DNA of 62,853 bases, filler included, from Pirum gemmata (Eukaryota): assembly GCA_002812295.1 (NCBI GenBank). It is 22 parts of 22 records of this genome, joined end to end, with 100 filler letters (N's around TTAATTAATTAA, not from the genome) between each part and the next. Parts side by side here need not be neighbours in the genome. Positions count along the whole stretch, not along the records: positions 24,666 to 27,253 come from PDIN01005468.1; positions 27,354 to 29,967 come from PDIN01005469.1; positions 30,068 to 32,614 come from PDIN01005470.1; positions 32,715 to 35,327 come from PDIN01005471.1; positions 35,428 to 38,024 come from PDIN01005472.1; 17 more parts are not named here. One strand, given 5' to 3'. The position numbers and the translations under genes were made by a program. The notes below the pieces were generated by a model. It was not told where the DNA came from and searched no databases. It was given only the letters and a program-made list of their open reading frames with translations. This document shows positions 25,683-38,124 of this stretch, one piece after another (positions within the stretch are counted from its first letter, which is position 1; the number at the start of each line of letters is the position of its first letter).

Positions 25683-27470
25683 CTACTGACTAGGGTCTAC
25701 TGCTACTAGAGAAACTGCTATGATACTACTAGTAGCTATCAATAGAATATAAATAAGAGCTACCAGACTATATACTATAACTACTACTATGCATGACTTA
25801 TATATCTAGCTATCGATAGTAGAGACGCGGTAAGCTCTATAGTTATCTTCACTACTACTGTAGCTAAAAGCTGTAGTTAGCTATCGATCTCAGAGCTATC
25901 GATAATAATTATCGATTGTAGGTTAAACTTAGACTACTGCGTTGGTAGGTTGTTAGTCTATAGGTTATAATTATCTAAGTTATGAACTTATGATAGGTCT
26001 AGTTAAATAATATGTTATTAAATATGTGTATTTATCTAAGTACTAGTGTATTTATGATTTATGATAAGATTTATGATATCATTATAGTGTGTATTCTAGT
26101 AGTATTCTAGTAGTGTGTATTTAATACTAATATTTATATATAGATACCCATAGTTTAAAAAAAAAATGGAATTTTACATATTGGTATTTTTAAAATTATT
26201 ATAAACAAATATACGGAAATAGTAAATTATTTAAATTGGAATTATTTATATTATTTGATACATTATATTGTTTACATTTTTTTAGGGACAACTCTTAAAA
26301 GAGATGACAAGCAAGCTTTCAACTTCTAGCTAGCTAGCTAGCTAATAGTCTGCCCTTAAAACACCCTAACTAACCCTAAAACCCTAACCCTAAACCCTAT
26401 GTAGATACCCTATCCTGCTGGACTACTGCTGGGCATTTTTAATTAATTTGGAATGCTATGATATAAAAAAAAAAATATTTCATTTTATAAAAAAGTTCAA
26501 TAACCGAATCAAAGATCGAAAAGGATAAAGAACTAACTAGACTACCCTACTAAGCTAGACTACCTTTGACTGGACTGGGCTGGGCTGAAAGGGGCTGAAA
26601 GGTGCTGGGGAACTCTACATAGACCCAGATAGTCTATGATGGTAGACCCTAGCTAGACTACTAGACTAGACTAGACGGTAGACCTACTACTAGCTAGTAG
26701 CTAGCTGCTAGCTAGCTATCCGATAAACTTTCTAAAGAAAATCTGATAGTCTAGTTTATCATAATAATTATAATAATAGTCTAAAATATTGATAAAAATT
26801 TAATTATGATAGCTAGCTAGATAGTAGATTATAGTTAGATTATATTATTATTATCATAAATATTATTATTATAATAATAGACTATTATGATAGTCTAACT
26901 ATCATAACTACTACTATGATAGCTAGAGTACTTCTCTAGAGTCTAGCTAGCTAGAGCTCTAGTAGACTACAAAATTTATATAAAAATACAAAACAGCAAA
27001 CAGGTTTTTTTTTTTTTATTAATTTCAGTTATGGTAGTTATTTATTTAGTTATTTATTTAGTTATTTATTTATTTAGTTATTTATTTAGTTATTTATTTA
27101 TTTAGTTAATCATTTCGTTATTATTTATATTAACATTTTAAAAATATTTTTAAAACCACTGATAATAATATTATTAACGAATTCGAAGACTATTAGAAGA
27201 GTATTCGAAGGTACCTGGTAGAATTCCTAGGAATTTATGGTATAATAATAATANNNNNNNNNNNNNNNNNNNNNNNNNNNNNNNNNNNNNNNNNNNNTTA
27301 ATTAATTAANNNNNNNNNNNNNNNNNNNNNNNNNNNNNNNNNNNNNNNNNNNNATGTTAATGTTAATGTTATTATCATTGTTATTTTTATTTTTGTTGGT
27401 GATTATTCTATTATCTATTTTGTTGATTTTTGTTATATTGTTATTTATTTTGCCGTATTTTCATATTTAG

Positions 27471-27545
27471 GTCGACTTATTCACTATTTGATCCATCTTA
27501 CTCGGATACTCGTTCTTTTGGTTGGAATATCGATATAGGGAATGG
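27471..27545 (+). CDS. 75-nt exon (STYSLFDPSYSDTRSFGWNIDIGNG), FG-GAP/beta-propeller-like
   Basis: tttag acceptor and gtatgc donor, phase 2-2. FGWxxDI resembles the start of an FG-GAP repeat. Confidence 0.4.
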
Positions 27546-27875
27546 GTATGCTTTGTTGTTGTTGTTTTTGCTTTGTTTTTTGTTTTTTGTTTTTTGTTTT
27601 TTTGTATTTCTTTTTGTATTTCTTTTTGTTTGTTTTTTATACTTGTTTTTAATATCAATGCCCTTACGCTATAACTTGTACATAAAACTGATCGTTTTTT
27701 TCTTATGGTTATTGTATCATTGTTTACTATTTAATAATAATAATAATAATAATAATAGTAATAATAATAGCAATAATAATATTAATAATAATAATAATAA
27801 TAATAAAAAGGAGTACGTATATTATATACGTAGTATAATCATTTTTTTTATTTATTTATTGTGAATAGTGTTTGT

Positions 27876-28330
27876 TTACAGCATATCATACTTGCACACT
27901 AGGTAATGTGCAATACCTTTCTCTTTAAGTTTACCAACAACTAGGTTTTCTAAAGAACTAGAAGACAACAGAGGGATAAGTACACAAGCCGAAACGAAAC
28001 AGTTATTGGAAACAACTTCAACCTCCTTTTCTAATTCCCCATCGGTCAAGAACTGAAGTCGGTTTGCTTTGAATTCCCTAGGAAAGGTATGTTCTTCCTT
28101 TAGTCTATATCTTCTAAAGAATACAAAGTGATGCTCTTCTTCTGTACTCAACAACTTAATAAAACAAAAAAATTGTATTTCGACTGGTATGATCTCGAAC
28201 CCTCGTTCGTGATTGTCAAAATCAAGAACACTAACCAGTGCAATATTATTACAGTTACTTTCGTTCCATAGCTTGCTGTTCAAAATTTGTTGCTCCAGAT
28301 TAGCCCTTCGATATATTTCAAGAGTACTTA
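27876..28330 (-). mobile_element. ORF fragment resembling the C-terminal region of CACTA/Plavaka-type transposases
   Basis: The frame extends upstream of the track ORF (IYRRANLEQQILNSKLW...NNIALV...PVEIQFFCF...EHHFVFFRRY). The pattern is recalled, not searched. Confidence 0.35.
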
Positions 28331-29155
28331 AAAATGAAACGCTATATATATATCTTCACTAATAAAAGTTATGCACTGCTCAAAGAAGTTTTTTGCACTA
28401 TACTCCAAGTTTTAACATAGCTATATATTAATTGATTTATATATATATAAATGCTTTTAAGACAACTGGCATTCTTATTTATAGATTTTTGTACGATTTT
28501 ATTCTTAATTTTTTTAGTTAAAATTGGCACTTTTTGACTATTTGTATACTTTTTAGGGTTTATATTCTTATATTTTGGACATAATTACTTAAAGTTTTTG
28601 CTGTTTATTTGTCTATATTTAGGATATTTACGTTTTTTTGCTCTATATTTAGGTCATTTTTACCTATTTTAGATATTTTTTATCCTTTTATGTACATTTT
28701 TTATCCTTTCATATACATTTTTTGTTAATATTATTGTTTATTTGTCTATATTTAGGGTATTTTATGAGGTTTTAAAGATATTTTGGTCTCTTTTTACATT
28801 TTTTGCACTATATTTAGGTCATTTTTACCATTTTTATCCTTTTATTGGGAGACTTACTAGAACAGGCCAATCATTTGCTATAACTTCCTAAAAAGGACTT
28901 CTTTGTGAGTGGTCATAATTAACAATAAAATTATGTTAAACCATATATGGATCTATGTTTTCCAAAAAAAGGAAGTGCAAGTTGTGCAACTGTGCGTGTA
29001 ACTGCGCATTGCGCAAGGACAGTCGGACAATCATATAGTACCAAATTAATATAATATAAATCCATTTAATTTAATTTGGTATATTTTATTATCTTTATAT
29101 TATATTCTTAATTATATCATACCAAAATAATCATTATTAATACCAAAATAAAATA

Positions 29156-29363
29156 GGAGCTATGGTAGCGAGGAGCTAGGGTAGCGAGGAGCTAGGGTAG
29201 CGAGGAGCTAGGGTAGCGATGTAGCGAGGGTAGCGAGGAGCTAGGGTAGCGAGGAGCTAGGGTAGCGAGGGTAGCGAGGGTAGCGAGGAGCTAGGTAGCG
29301 AGGAGCTAGGGTAGCGAGGGTAGCGAGGGTAGCGAGGAGATAGGGTAGCGAGGGTAGCGAGGT
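29156..29363 (+). repeat. GC-rich minisatellite built from GGGTAGCGA / GGAGCTA units
   Basis: Direct reading. Confidence 0.95.
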
Positions 29364-29366
29364 AGC

Positions 29367-29603
29367 CTCTAGAACGCTCTAGTACGCTCTAGAACGCTCT
29401 AGAACGCTCTAGTACGCTCTAGTACGCTCTAGTACGCTCTAGAACACTCTAGTACGCTCTAGAACACTCTAGTACGCTCTAGAACACTCTAGTACGCTCT
29501 AGTACGCTATAGTACGCTCTAGAACACTCTAGAACGCTCTAGAACGCTCTCGTACGCTCTCGTACGCTCTAGTACGCTCTAGTACGCTCTAGAACACTCT
29601 AGT
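29367..29603 (+). repeat. 10-bp minisatellite AG(T/A)AC(G/A)CTCT, ~23 copies
   Basis: Direct reading. Confidence 0.95.
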
Positions 29604-29661
29604 AGTCATAGAGCTACTACTAGCGTTTTTACATAAAATCCGAAGCTATTTATTTTCAAAA

Positions 29662-29792
29662 TCTTCGTATATTTTTAATTGGTCTCCATAATTATCTTCG
29701 TATATTTTAATTGGTCTCCATAATTATTTCAAAATCTTCGTATATTTTTAATTGGTCTCCATAATTATCTTCGTATATTTTAATTGGTCTCC
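29662..29792 (+). repeat. Four copies of tcttcgtatatttt(t)aattggtctcc(ataatta)
   Basis: Direct reading, with alternating short and long spacing. Confidence 0.85.
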
Positions 29793-31380
29793 CATTCCTG
29801 GCGTTACTTATTATCAGATTTATTTTTTCTACCGATTTTATTTTTAACGCTCATATTTGTGGTTAGTCTAGCGGAAATTCTAAAAAAACGAAGGTTAGTC
29901 TGGAAATTCTACCGGAAATTCTAAAAAAACGAAGCTTATTGGTTTTTTTTTTCTACGGAAATTATATNNNNNNNNNNNNNNNNNNNNNNNNNNNNNNNNN
30001 NNNNNNNNNNNTTAATTAATTAANNNNNNNNNNNNNNNNNNNNNNNNNNNNNNNNNNNNNNNNNNNNATTATTATTATTATTATTATTATTTAGATTATT
30101 CAACAAGTTGCCCCATAGTAAGCTCAACTGCATAATAGCTTTTTTGTCATGCAACATAATATCAAAAAGTGATACTTATAAATTACTCTTTTGGGATTTT
30201 TATAAACTTAATTAAGCTTGTTATGTATTTAAAATAATAATACATTAATTGATATAAATATATTATTGTTATAGACATCAGTTAATGATAAGATTTGACA
30301 GTAAAATGTAATTTTAATTTGTTGATTTATCAAAATGGAAATCTACTATAACAGAGCTAATAACACTAGTACTTTATTACTTTCTTAACGACTGACAATT
30401 TACAAAAATATATTATACAATGTTATTTTGTGATTTCTCTGACATTCACCTCTAATTATAAGTTTCTTCTATTTATACATTTATAACTCTATCACACTGA
30501 TCATGAATTTACATTCTTCCAGAATATACTGAATTCCTTCAACTTATCTTGTAATACTTGTTACCATCTTATCTTCACATACAATGTTATACATACTCTC
30601 AATACACAAGAGCTTTTATGACTTTACCCACTACCAATTTACCATATTCACTTCAGCCTACCACTATAAGCTAGTATTAACGTTCATATCTGTAAACATA
30701 TCCCTTCAGTAGGGCCCCAGTATCTGGGTACAGATGGCCTCCCGATTGCCACATTCTTTCCAGGCTCTCTAAAAACTTGGACCGATCAAATCCCCTTTAT
30801 AGTTTCACATTTTACAACATAATAAAATTTAATAATGACCAGTTTTAAAGTGTTCGAACGCACAGTATTATATCAATATTATAATTATATAATAACAATA
30901 TCAATAACAATAACAATAAAAATAACAATAACAATAAAAATAACAATAAAAATAACAAAAACAATAATAATAATAATAACAATAACAATAGCAAGAACAA
31001 TAACAATACCAATAAAAAAGAATTATTATGAATAATGGGTGTTTGGTATTACTACTTGTTGTTTTAGTAGTAGTAGTAGTAGTAGTTGTTGTTCTTCTTC
31101 TGTTAGTTCCGTTTATTGTAATTGTTCCAGTTTTTTTAGTTGTTCTTATATAATAATGATAATGATAATATTTATGATAATAATAATAGTAATTATAATA
31201 ATAATAATAATAATATTCTATTTAAACCTTTATTGTACGTTATTTTCTTACAAAAAAAATATCGCAAAATACTTTATAATAATAATAACAATTAATAACA
31301 ATAATAATATAATACTAATAATACTAATATTAATATTAATACTAAATAATAATAACTATATTATACATTCATTATCATAA

Positions 31381-31838
31381 TTATAAAGTAGTAGGATCAC
31401 ATTCAACTTGAAATTCTAGTTGACTTCGTTTTGCCCGTACACCACCTAATTGAGCCTTCATTATTACATATACATCATACAATTGTACCATATTATATTT
31501 CTTACAATCAGTTTGAAACTCATCATAAACAGTATCACTTAAGGTTAATTTAGTATACTCAGAATAGGTATCTTCTCCAGTAACAGCTTCGTTCAATAAC
31601 CCTACCCCAGTTATATCAGAGGTAAAGAAAGTGGCATCAAGTTTGCTAATTACAACTAAAACTTCATTATGGTTATTGAATCCAAAACCTTGAATAGTGC
31701 ATTGATTATCGTTACTGAAGCAATCAGGAGAGTTATCGTCGATGGTAGGTGAAAGTTCTGGTATTTTACCCCAAGAAGATTGGACTTCACGGTCATATTT
31801 ATCATTGACTTTGAATTGAAATCTAATAAATCTTTGCC
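31381..31838 (-). CDS. Terminal exon of a probable secreted/surface protein with IPT/TIG-like beta domains
   Basis: aatcag acceptor (phase 1), then an open frame GQRFIRFQFKVND...CFSNDNQCTIQGFGF...VECDPTTL*. It joins in phase with exon 32220-32480. Confidence 0.7.
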
Positions 31839-32141
31839 CTGATTATTTTAATTAATAAGCATTAGAGTAATTATAAGTTAGGGTTAGGCTTGAGGCAGGA
31901 GGTTGAGATTAAGTTTGGGGTTGGGGTTGGGGTTATTGTTGGGGTCATGTTTAGGAATGGTATTAGGGTTGTAGTTAGGGTTAGGGTTGTGTTTTAGGCT
32001 AATGGTAATAAGAAATAATATACAACTTTGTATAAATAAGAATAATATTTAAACGTAAGATGTAAGTTAATGATAATAAGAAAATATTTATATGACTTTG
32101 TATAAATATAGGAATAATATTTTTTCAAACTTAAGATCAAA

Positions 32142-32177
<36 letters not shown>

Positions 32178-32219
32178 TGATAATACAAAATAATAATAAT
32201 AAGATTATTTAATAATAAC

Positions 32220-32480
32220 CTGGAGCAGCAAAGTCATGATCGCGTGCTTTAGCTGCAATTTGCATAGCAGCCTCACCCTTAAATTCAACATGTACATGAC
32301 CGGCACTGCACTCCACATACTCTGCACCAGAAGGGAATTCAGGAAAACTAACTGAGCAATCTTCTTCAGGATAATCACTACCAATAATGTCCAAGAAACA
32401 GGAACTATGGCTTAGGCAATTAACAAATGCGTATTGAAGAGTAGGTGTAACAATTGGTGGTGGTGGTGGAGCCAATGACT
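32220..32480 (-). CDS. Upstream exon of the same gene
   Basis: ttacag acceptor and G|gttatt donor, phase 1-1. CLSHSSCFLDIIGSDY parallels the motif in the next exon. Confidence 0.7.
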
Positions 32481-32736
32481 CTGTAATATAAAATTAGTGT
32501 AATTAATTATTATTATTAGTATTATTATCATAATTATTATTGTTATTATTATTATTATAGTATTGGTGTGTTAATTAATTAAATATAAGTCTTAGTGTAA
32601 ATAATACCTTCACANNNNNNNNNNNNNNNNNNNNNNNNNNNNNNNNNNNNNNNNNNNNTTAATTAATTAANNNNNNNNNNNNNNNNNNNNNNNNNNNNNN
32701 NNNNNNNNNNNNNNAATACATAAATACATAAATACA

Positions 32737-32780
<44 letters not shown>

Positions 32781-33479
32781 AAATAAATAAATCAAAAAAT
32801 CAAAAAAATTGCCTGACCTCAAAAGGAGTTCAAGAAAAAAAAACTCCTTACTGACCCTCTAAGGTCCCTCTTGCTGAGCTTGCGGACCTGCTTCAAGAGT
32901 CACGACTGCACAAAAGAGTCGTTGAAAAGATTGGCACAAAAGAAAAGAATCTACAGTATTATCTACTAGGCAGATTTTGGCTAGCCAGCTAGCTAAGCCA
33001 GAGTAGCTATTAAAGTGTAGCTAGTAGCTAGCTCAATACATCAATAATGACAAAAACAACACCTATATAATAACAACAACAACAGCAATAAAAAATAACA
33101 ATAATAATAATAATAATAATAATATCATTAATATCAATACTAATAATAATAATAATAATAATAGTAACAAAAACCAAAATAATAATAACAAAGAAAAAGA
33201 AAAAGGGTACGAAAAAACAAATAATATTATATCCTAAAAAACTTCAACAAAATACCAAAAAAATTAAGAAAAATGCTAACAGCCACGCCAACAAAAGAAG
33301 AAACGTTAACATCATAAACAAAATGAAAAGAAAAAAAGCACATGATGGAGTACCACTTGAAATATATATCAAAGGCTACATCAACGATATATATATGGCG
33401 AAAAAGAGTGATTTTTTACTATATATATAGCAAAAAGTGGTTATTTTCGCCGGCGAAAATACTTTTTTGCTATATATAT

Positions 33480-34900
33480 AATAGTAAGTATCTACACCAA
33501 CCACCACAATCCTTCTACACAGATATAACATTACGTACTTTATTTGAGAAGAACGATAGATCAAACTTAAAAAACTATGGAACGTTGTTAACTATAACAC
33601 TAATGAACACCGACTACAAAATTATAGCAACAACAATAGCAGATAAATTACACAAAATAATACACCACATCATAAGCGCAGGCCAAACATGTGGAGTAGC
33701 AGGAAGAACCATAAATGAAACAATATCCCTTATTGAAACCCAACTTTTTACGAAAAGATCAATAACCCCAACAGCATGGTAATATTGAATGAATACTGAC
33801 ATGGAAAAAGCATTTGACACAGCAAGATGGTCCTTATTATATAACATTCTAGGTTCCTTTAGATTCCTAGAAGATCTAGAATCTATACCAATAATATAAA
33901 ACTTATATGAAAACTCCATAGTACATATCAACATCAATGGTTTCTACTCAGCACCTATAATTACAACAAAAAGTATAAGACAAGGTTGCCCAATGTCAAT
34001 ATATCTTTTTATTATATAAATATAACTTTTAAGAGTTATAATCCATCTTATTACAAAAAAATATCCTCCTACATCTTTTAAAACATCTTCAGTAAAAATG
34101 AATTTTAATCATTTTATTAGTAATCAATATGTATACAATAACAAGTTTTGGTAAAAATATTGGTGGCTACAAATTAAACAAAGATAAAACTTGTGGCAAT
34201 GTACTTCCTTAAAATGTCAACCTTATTAGAAGAAAACGGCATTTTACAGAATAATCAATATATATATATAAACTAGAAACACTGGAAAATCTGGGGGTAT
34301 TTAATAGGGAACCCCCCGGCAAGTCAAAAAGAAAACTACAACAAATTAAAAAGGGAAATATTTAATTAATTAATATAATAGAGACAACCAAAAAATCGAA
34401 AGCTCGAGCTCCACCCTTAGTAGAAAGAATGAATTTAGCCAATACCTTAATGCTAGCAAAATCTCAATATTCCATAGCCAATACCTTTATACCAGATAAG
34501 TTACCTTAACCCTTACAACAAAAAATCACAACCTTTTTTACCAACAACCAATTCACACAAGACAATATCAAAACACAAGACAATATCAAATCACCGAAAA
34601 ACAAAGGAGGCATCGACATGATTAATCTCTTAACAAGGAGAAACGCCAACCTTATTAAAAAATTTCAACACATCTTCGCACACAACACAAATAACGTGTA
34701 CAATCACAACAAATCTTACTGGTCACATTGCTTCCTCAGCAACTACAACTTACTCACAACAATCACATCAAAACTACAATCAAAATCTCACAATACATAG
34801 CATTATTAACAATAAAAACATCCATAAATTATTACCAACATGATAGATAATTCACACAATAGAAACCCTGTAAAACATGATCCCAATACAAAACAATACA
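33480..34900 (+). pseudogene. Decayed L1/Tx1-type non-LTR retrotransposon reverse transcriptase
   Basis: Motifs KNDRSNLKNY..ITLMNTDYKIIA, GQTCGVAGRTI, DMEKAFD, INGFYS and IRQGCPMS, broken by frameshifts and stops. Confidence 0.9.
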
Positions 34901-35021
34901 GAACGATTATAAAAACTAGAATTTTTCGGATATTTGAGCTTATGGCGGATTTTTTAAAAATAGACTAGACTAGACTATCATCTATCATAGAGTTTTTTTT
35001 AAAAAAAAACATAAAAAAAAA

Positions 35022-35230
35022 ATCCAAGCTGGTAAAAATGGCGGCATCCGCCACGCAAGCTCAAAAATCAAAAAAAATTCAAAATGATCCAATTTTAATG
35101 AAAGTACTACCAATTTTTTAGAATTAGTCTAACTAATAAGACTCTATTATGAACCAATGACTAGGTTTTCAAAATAATTTGGCTAGTTTTTTTAGAAAAG
35201 AAGTAAAAAAAAAAATGCAGTTTTACCTAG
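35022..35230 (+). mobile_element. MITE family D copy
   Basis: ccaagctggtaaaaatggcggc...ctattatgaaccaatg. Confidence 0.7.
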
Positions 35231-35620
35231 CTATGATAGTGCTATGATAGAACTTATGATAGTCTAATATTATTATTATTATGATATTTTTTTTTAAATT
35301 AAAAAAGGTTACTTAGAACCCCCCCCCNNNNNNNNNNNNNNNNNNNNNNNNNNNNNNNNNNNNNNNNNNNNTTAATTAATTAANNNNNNNNNNNNNNNNN
35401 NNNNNNNNNNNNNNNNNNNNNNNNNNNAACCTTAACCCTAACCTTCACAAACCCTAAGTCTAACCCTAAATCAAAAATCCTGCCTAATCAACAAAATAAT
35501 ATTATCATAAAACAAAAACAACAAAAAGCTAGTCAATAAAAAATATATTTCTTTTTTACTTCTTAACTTTTGTTATATCATTTTTCTAATTTTTTTTTAA
35601 TAACTTAAAAAACTGTAACA

Positions 35621-37525
35621 ATGTCCTCTGTTCAAGAATATACCTTCAATGAAGTTACTACCATCAACACTAAACTAGCAGAGACAGCAGCTAGTGAATC
35701 TGCTGATGGAATTAACGCAGACATTGCATCTAACGTGGGTACTTACCTTGCTAAACGCCTATACCAATGTGGTATCCGTGAAGTTTTTGGGGTTCCAGGA
35801 GATTATAATTTAGTATTATTGGATCAATTTTTAAAATTAGAAAATTTCAAATTTATTGGTTGTTGTAATGAGTTAAATGCTGGTTATGCAGCTGATGGTT
35901 ACGCTAGAGAAAGAGGTGTGGCTGCTTGTGTATCCACTTTTACTGTTGGTTCTTTATCACTTATCAACGCTATTGCTGGTGCTTATAGTGATAGTCTTCC
36001 AGTTATCTGTATTTCTGGTGGTATAAACAGTAATGATTTTGCTTCTGATCGTATTTTGCACCACACTATGGGATTAGTAGACCGTGATCAACCTATTAGA
36101 TGCTTTAAAGAAGTAACTTGTCATGCAGTTCAAATCCGTTCTCCTCACCTGGCAGCTCAGTTGATTGATGAAGCCATTTCAATTGCCATGCAAAAACAAA
36201 AACCAGTTTATATTGAAATTGCTTGTAATATTGTAGAATTACCATTACCAGAATCTATTCCTTTCCACTTTCCTTCTCAAAGACCATCCAACGAAGTAGC
36301 TCTATCCAGAGCTGTTGATTCTATGATGACTTATTACGCTAATGCAGTAAAACCTGTTATCATCGTAGGTGTATTCACTCGTATGACCAACGCTTTTAGA
36401 GAAATCGAAGCTTTAGCTGAAGCGATTGGTTGTGCGGTAGCAGTTATGCCTGATGCCAAAGGCATGTACAACGAAACAAGACCTGAATTTATCGGTACTT
36501 ATTGGGGAGCAGTTTCTCACGAAGATGTTTGTGAAATAGTTGAATCTTCTGATGTTCATATTATGATTGGCGCAAGGTTTAACGACTACAACACTATGGG
36601 TTACACTGCTTTCATCAATCCAAAAGGTAAACTTGAAATTGGTGTAAACCGTGTTAAGACTGCTAAAGGAGATTTTTCTTGTTGTTACTTAAAAGAAGTT
36701 GTTGCTGCTTTGACAGCTCGAATTTTAATGTCCAACGTGCGCAAAGAAAAATCTTTAGAATTATTTCAAAGATTGAAAAAATCTGACAGTATTGGTAATT
36801 TAAATGAAAGTGGCTCTACTGAAGGTAACATTGTACCAAGACCTGCTGTTAATGTTAGTGAACGTTTGACTTCAAGTACGATTAACAATGTAATTCAAGA
36901 TATGGTAAATATCATGCCAAAGAGTGCTTTAATTGCCGAAACTGGGGATTCTTGGTTTAATGGTCAATATATTAAATTAGGTAGCGATACTAAATATGAA
37001 TTTCAAATGCAATATGGTAGTATTGGTTGGTCCGTTGGGGCTGTTTTAGGTTATAGTGTTAGTTGCAAGAGTAATGTTCAAGATCGTATGGAAGGAACCG
37101 TTAGAAGACCTATTGCTATGATTGGGGATGGTAGTTTTCAAATGACAGCTCAAGAAGTATCTACTATGATTCGATTCCGTGTTAACCCAATTGTGTTTTT
37201 GATTAATAATTACGGTTATGGTATTGAAACTATGATCCATGACAATGATTACAATTACATTCAAAATTGGAACTACACCGAGTTTGTTCAATCTTTAGCT
37301 CACAATGAATTTTACAACAAACAAGAAGATCCTAATGTTTTAACTTTTAAGTGTATTACTAACCAGGATTTGTTTACGAACATCAATAAGGCTATGTTAC
37401 CAGAAAATCAAGATAAAATGATTTTTATTGAATGTTGTATTGCCCAAGATGATTGTAGTAAACAATTGTTGGCTTGGGGAACAAGAGTTGCACATGCTAA
37501 TAGTAGAGCATACCAAGAACTTTAA
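35621..37525 (+). CDS. PDC: Pyruvate decarboxylase (ThDP-dependent), plant/Zymomonas-type, intronless
   Basis: Motifs FGVPGDYNL, GCCNELNAGYAADGYAR, ILHHT, AETGDSWFN and QMQYGSIGWSVGA, plus the ThDP motif GDGSFQMTAQE...INNYGYGIE. Confidence 0.95.
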   Translation: MSSVQEYTFNEVTTINTKLAETAASESADGINADIASNVGTYLAKRLYQCGIREVFGVPGDYNLVLLDQFLKLENFKFIGCCNELNAGYAADGYARERGVAACVSTFTVGSLSLINAIAGAYSDSLPVICISGGINSNDFASDRILHHTMGLVDRDQPIRCFKEVTCHAVQIRSPHLAAQLIDEAISIAMQKQKPVYIEIACNIVELPLPESIPFHFPSQRPSNEVALSRAVDSMMTYYANAVKPVIIVGVFTRMTNAFREIEALAEAIGCAVAVMPDAKGMYNETRPEFIGTYWGAVSHEDVCEIVESSDVHIMIGARFNDYNTMGYTAFINPKGKLEIGVNRVKTAKGDFSCCYLKEVVAALTARILMSNVRKEKSLELFQRLKKSDSIGNLNESGSTEGNIVPRPAVNVSERLTSSTINNVIQDMVNIMPKSALIAETGDSWFNGQYIKLGSDTKYEFQMQYGSIGWSVGAVLGYSVSCKSNVQDRMEGTVRRPIAMIGDGSFQMTAQEVSTMIRFRVNPIVFLINNYGYGIETMIHDNDYNYIQNWNYTEFVQSLAHNEFYNKQEDPNVLTFKCITNQDLFTNINKAMLPENQDKMIFIECCIAQDDCSKQLLAWGTRVAHANSRAYQEL

Positions 37526-38124
37526 TTTGGAACTTCAACAAAAATGAAAAAAAGAGAGAAAAACGCATAATATTTTGTACACTTAGGTATTAGAATTTAA
37601 TAGCAATGACTTAAAAAAACAAAAGAATATATATTATATATATTAAAAAAATAAAATAACAATAAATTATTATTATTATTGATTATTATTATTATTATTA
37701 ATATTATTAATTATTATTATTAATTATTATTATTATTATTATTATTATTATTTTCGCATAAATGCGCATATGTCCTTCTTGTTAGTTTCAAAACAATGCA
37801 ATAAAGTTTTTTAAAAAATAAATAACTATAATTATTAATTATAAACTAAAATTGGGGTTTATTTAACTTTTATTGTTATAAAATGTGAGAGGGTAGTTCT
37901 TTTATTAATTAAAAAATTGCGCAGATGGACATTGAACTCGGGTTTATTCTTTGCGGTTAATTAGTAATAAGTTAAGAACTTTTAAATATTTTGTTAATAA
38001 TAACAATAATAATAATAATAATTANNNNNNNNNNNNNNNNNNNNNNNNNNNNNNNNNNNNNNNNNNNNTTAATTAATTAANNNNNNNNNNNNNNNNNNNN
38101 NNNNNNNNNNNNNNNNNNNNNNNN

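Noticed and set aside
30480..30825. GC-richer patch that might be an exon
   Set aside because: No frame with consistent splice sites or a recognisable motif was found.
37918..37960. Minus-strand tRNA-Gly-like 3' half (cccgagttcaatgtccatctgcgca)
   Set aside because: It is too degenerate and there is no 5' half.
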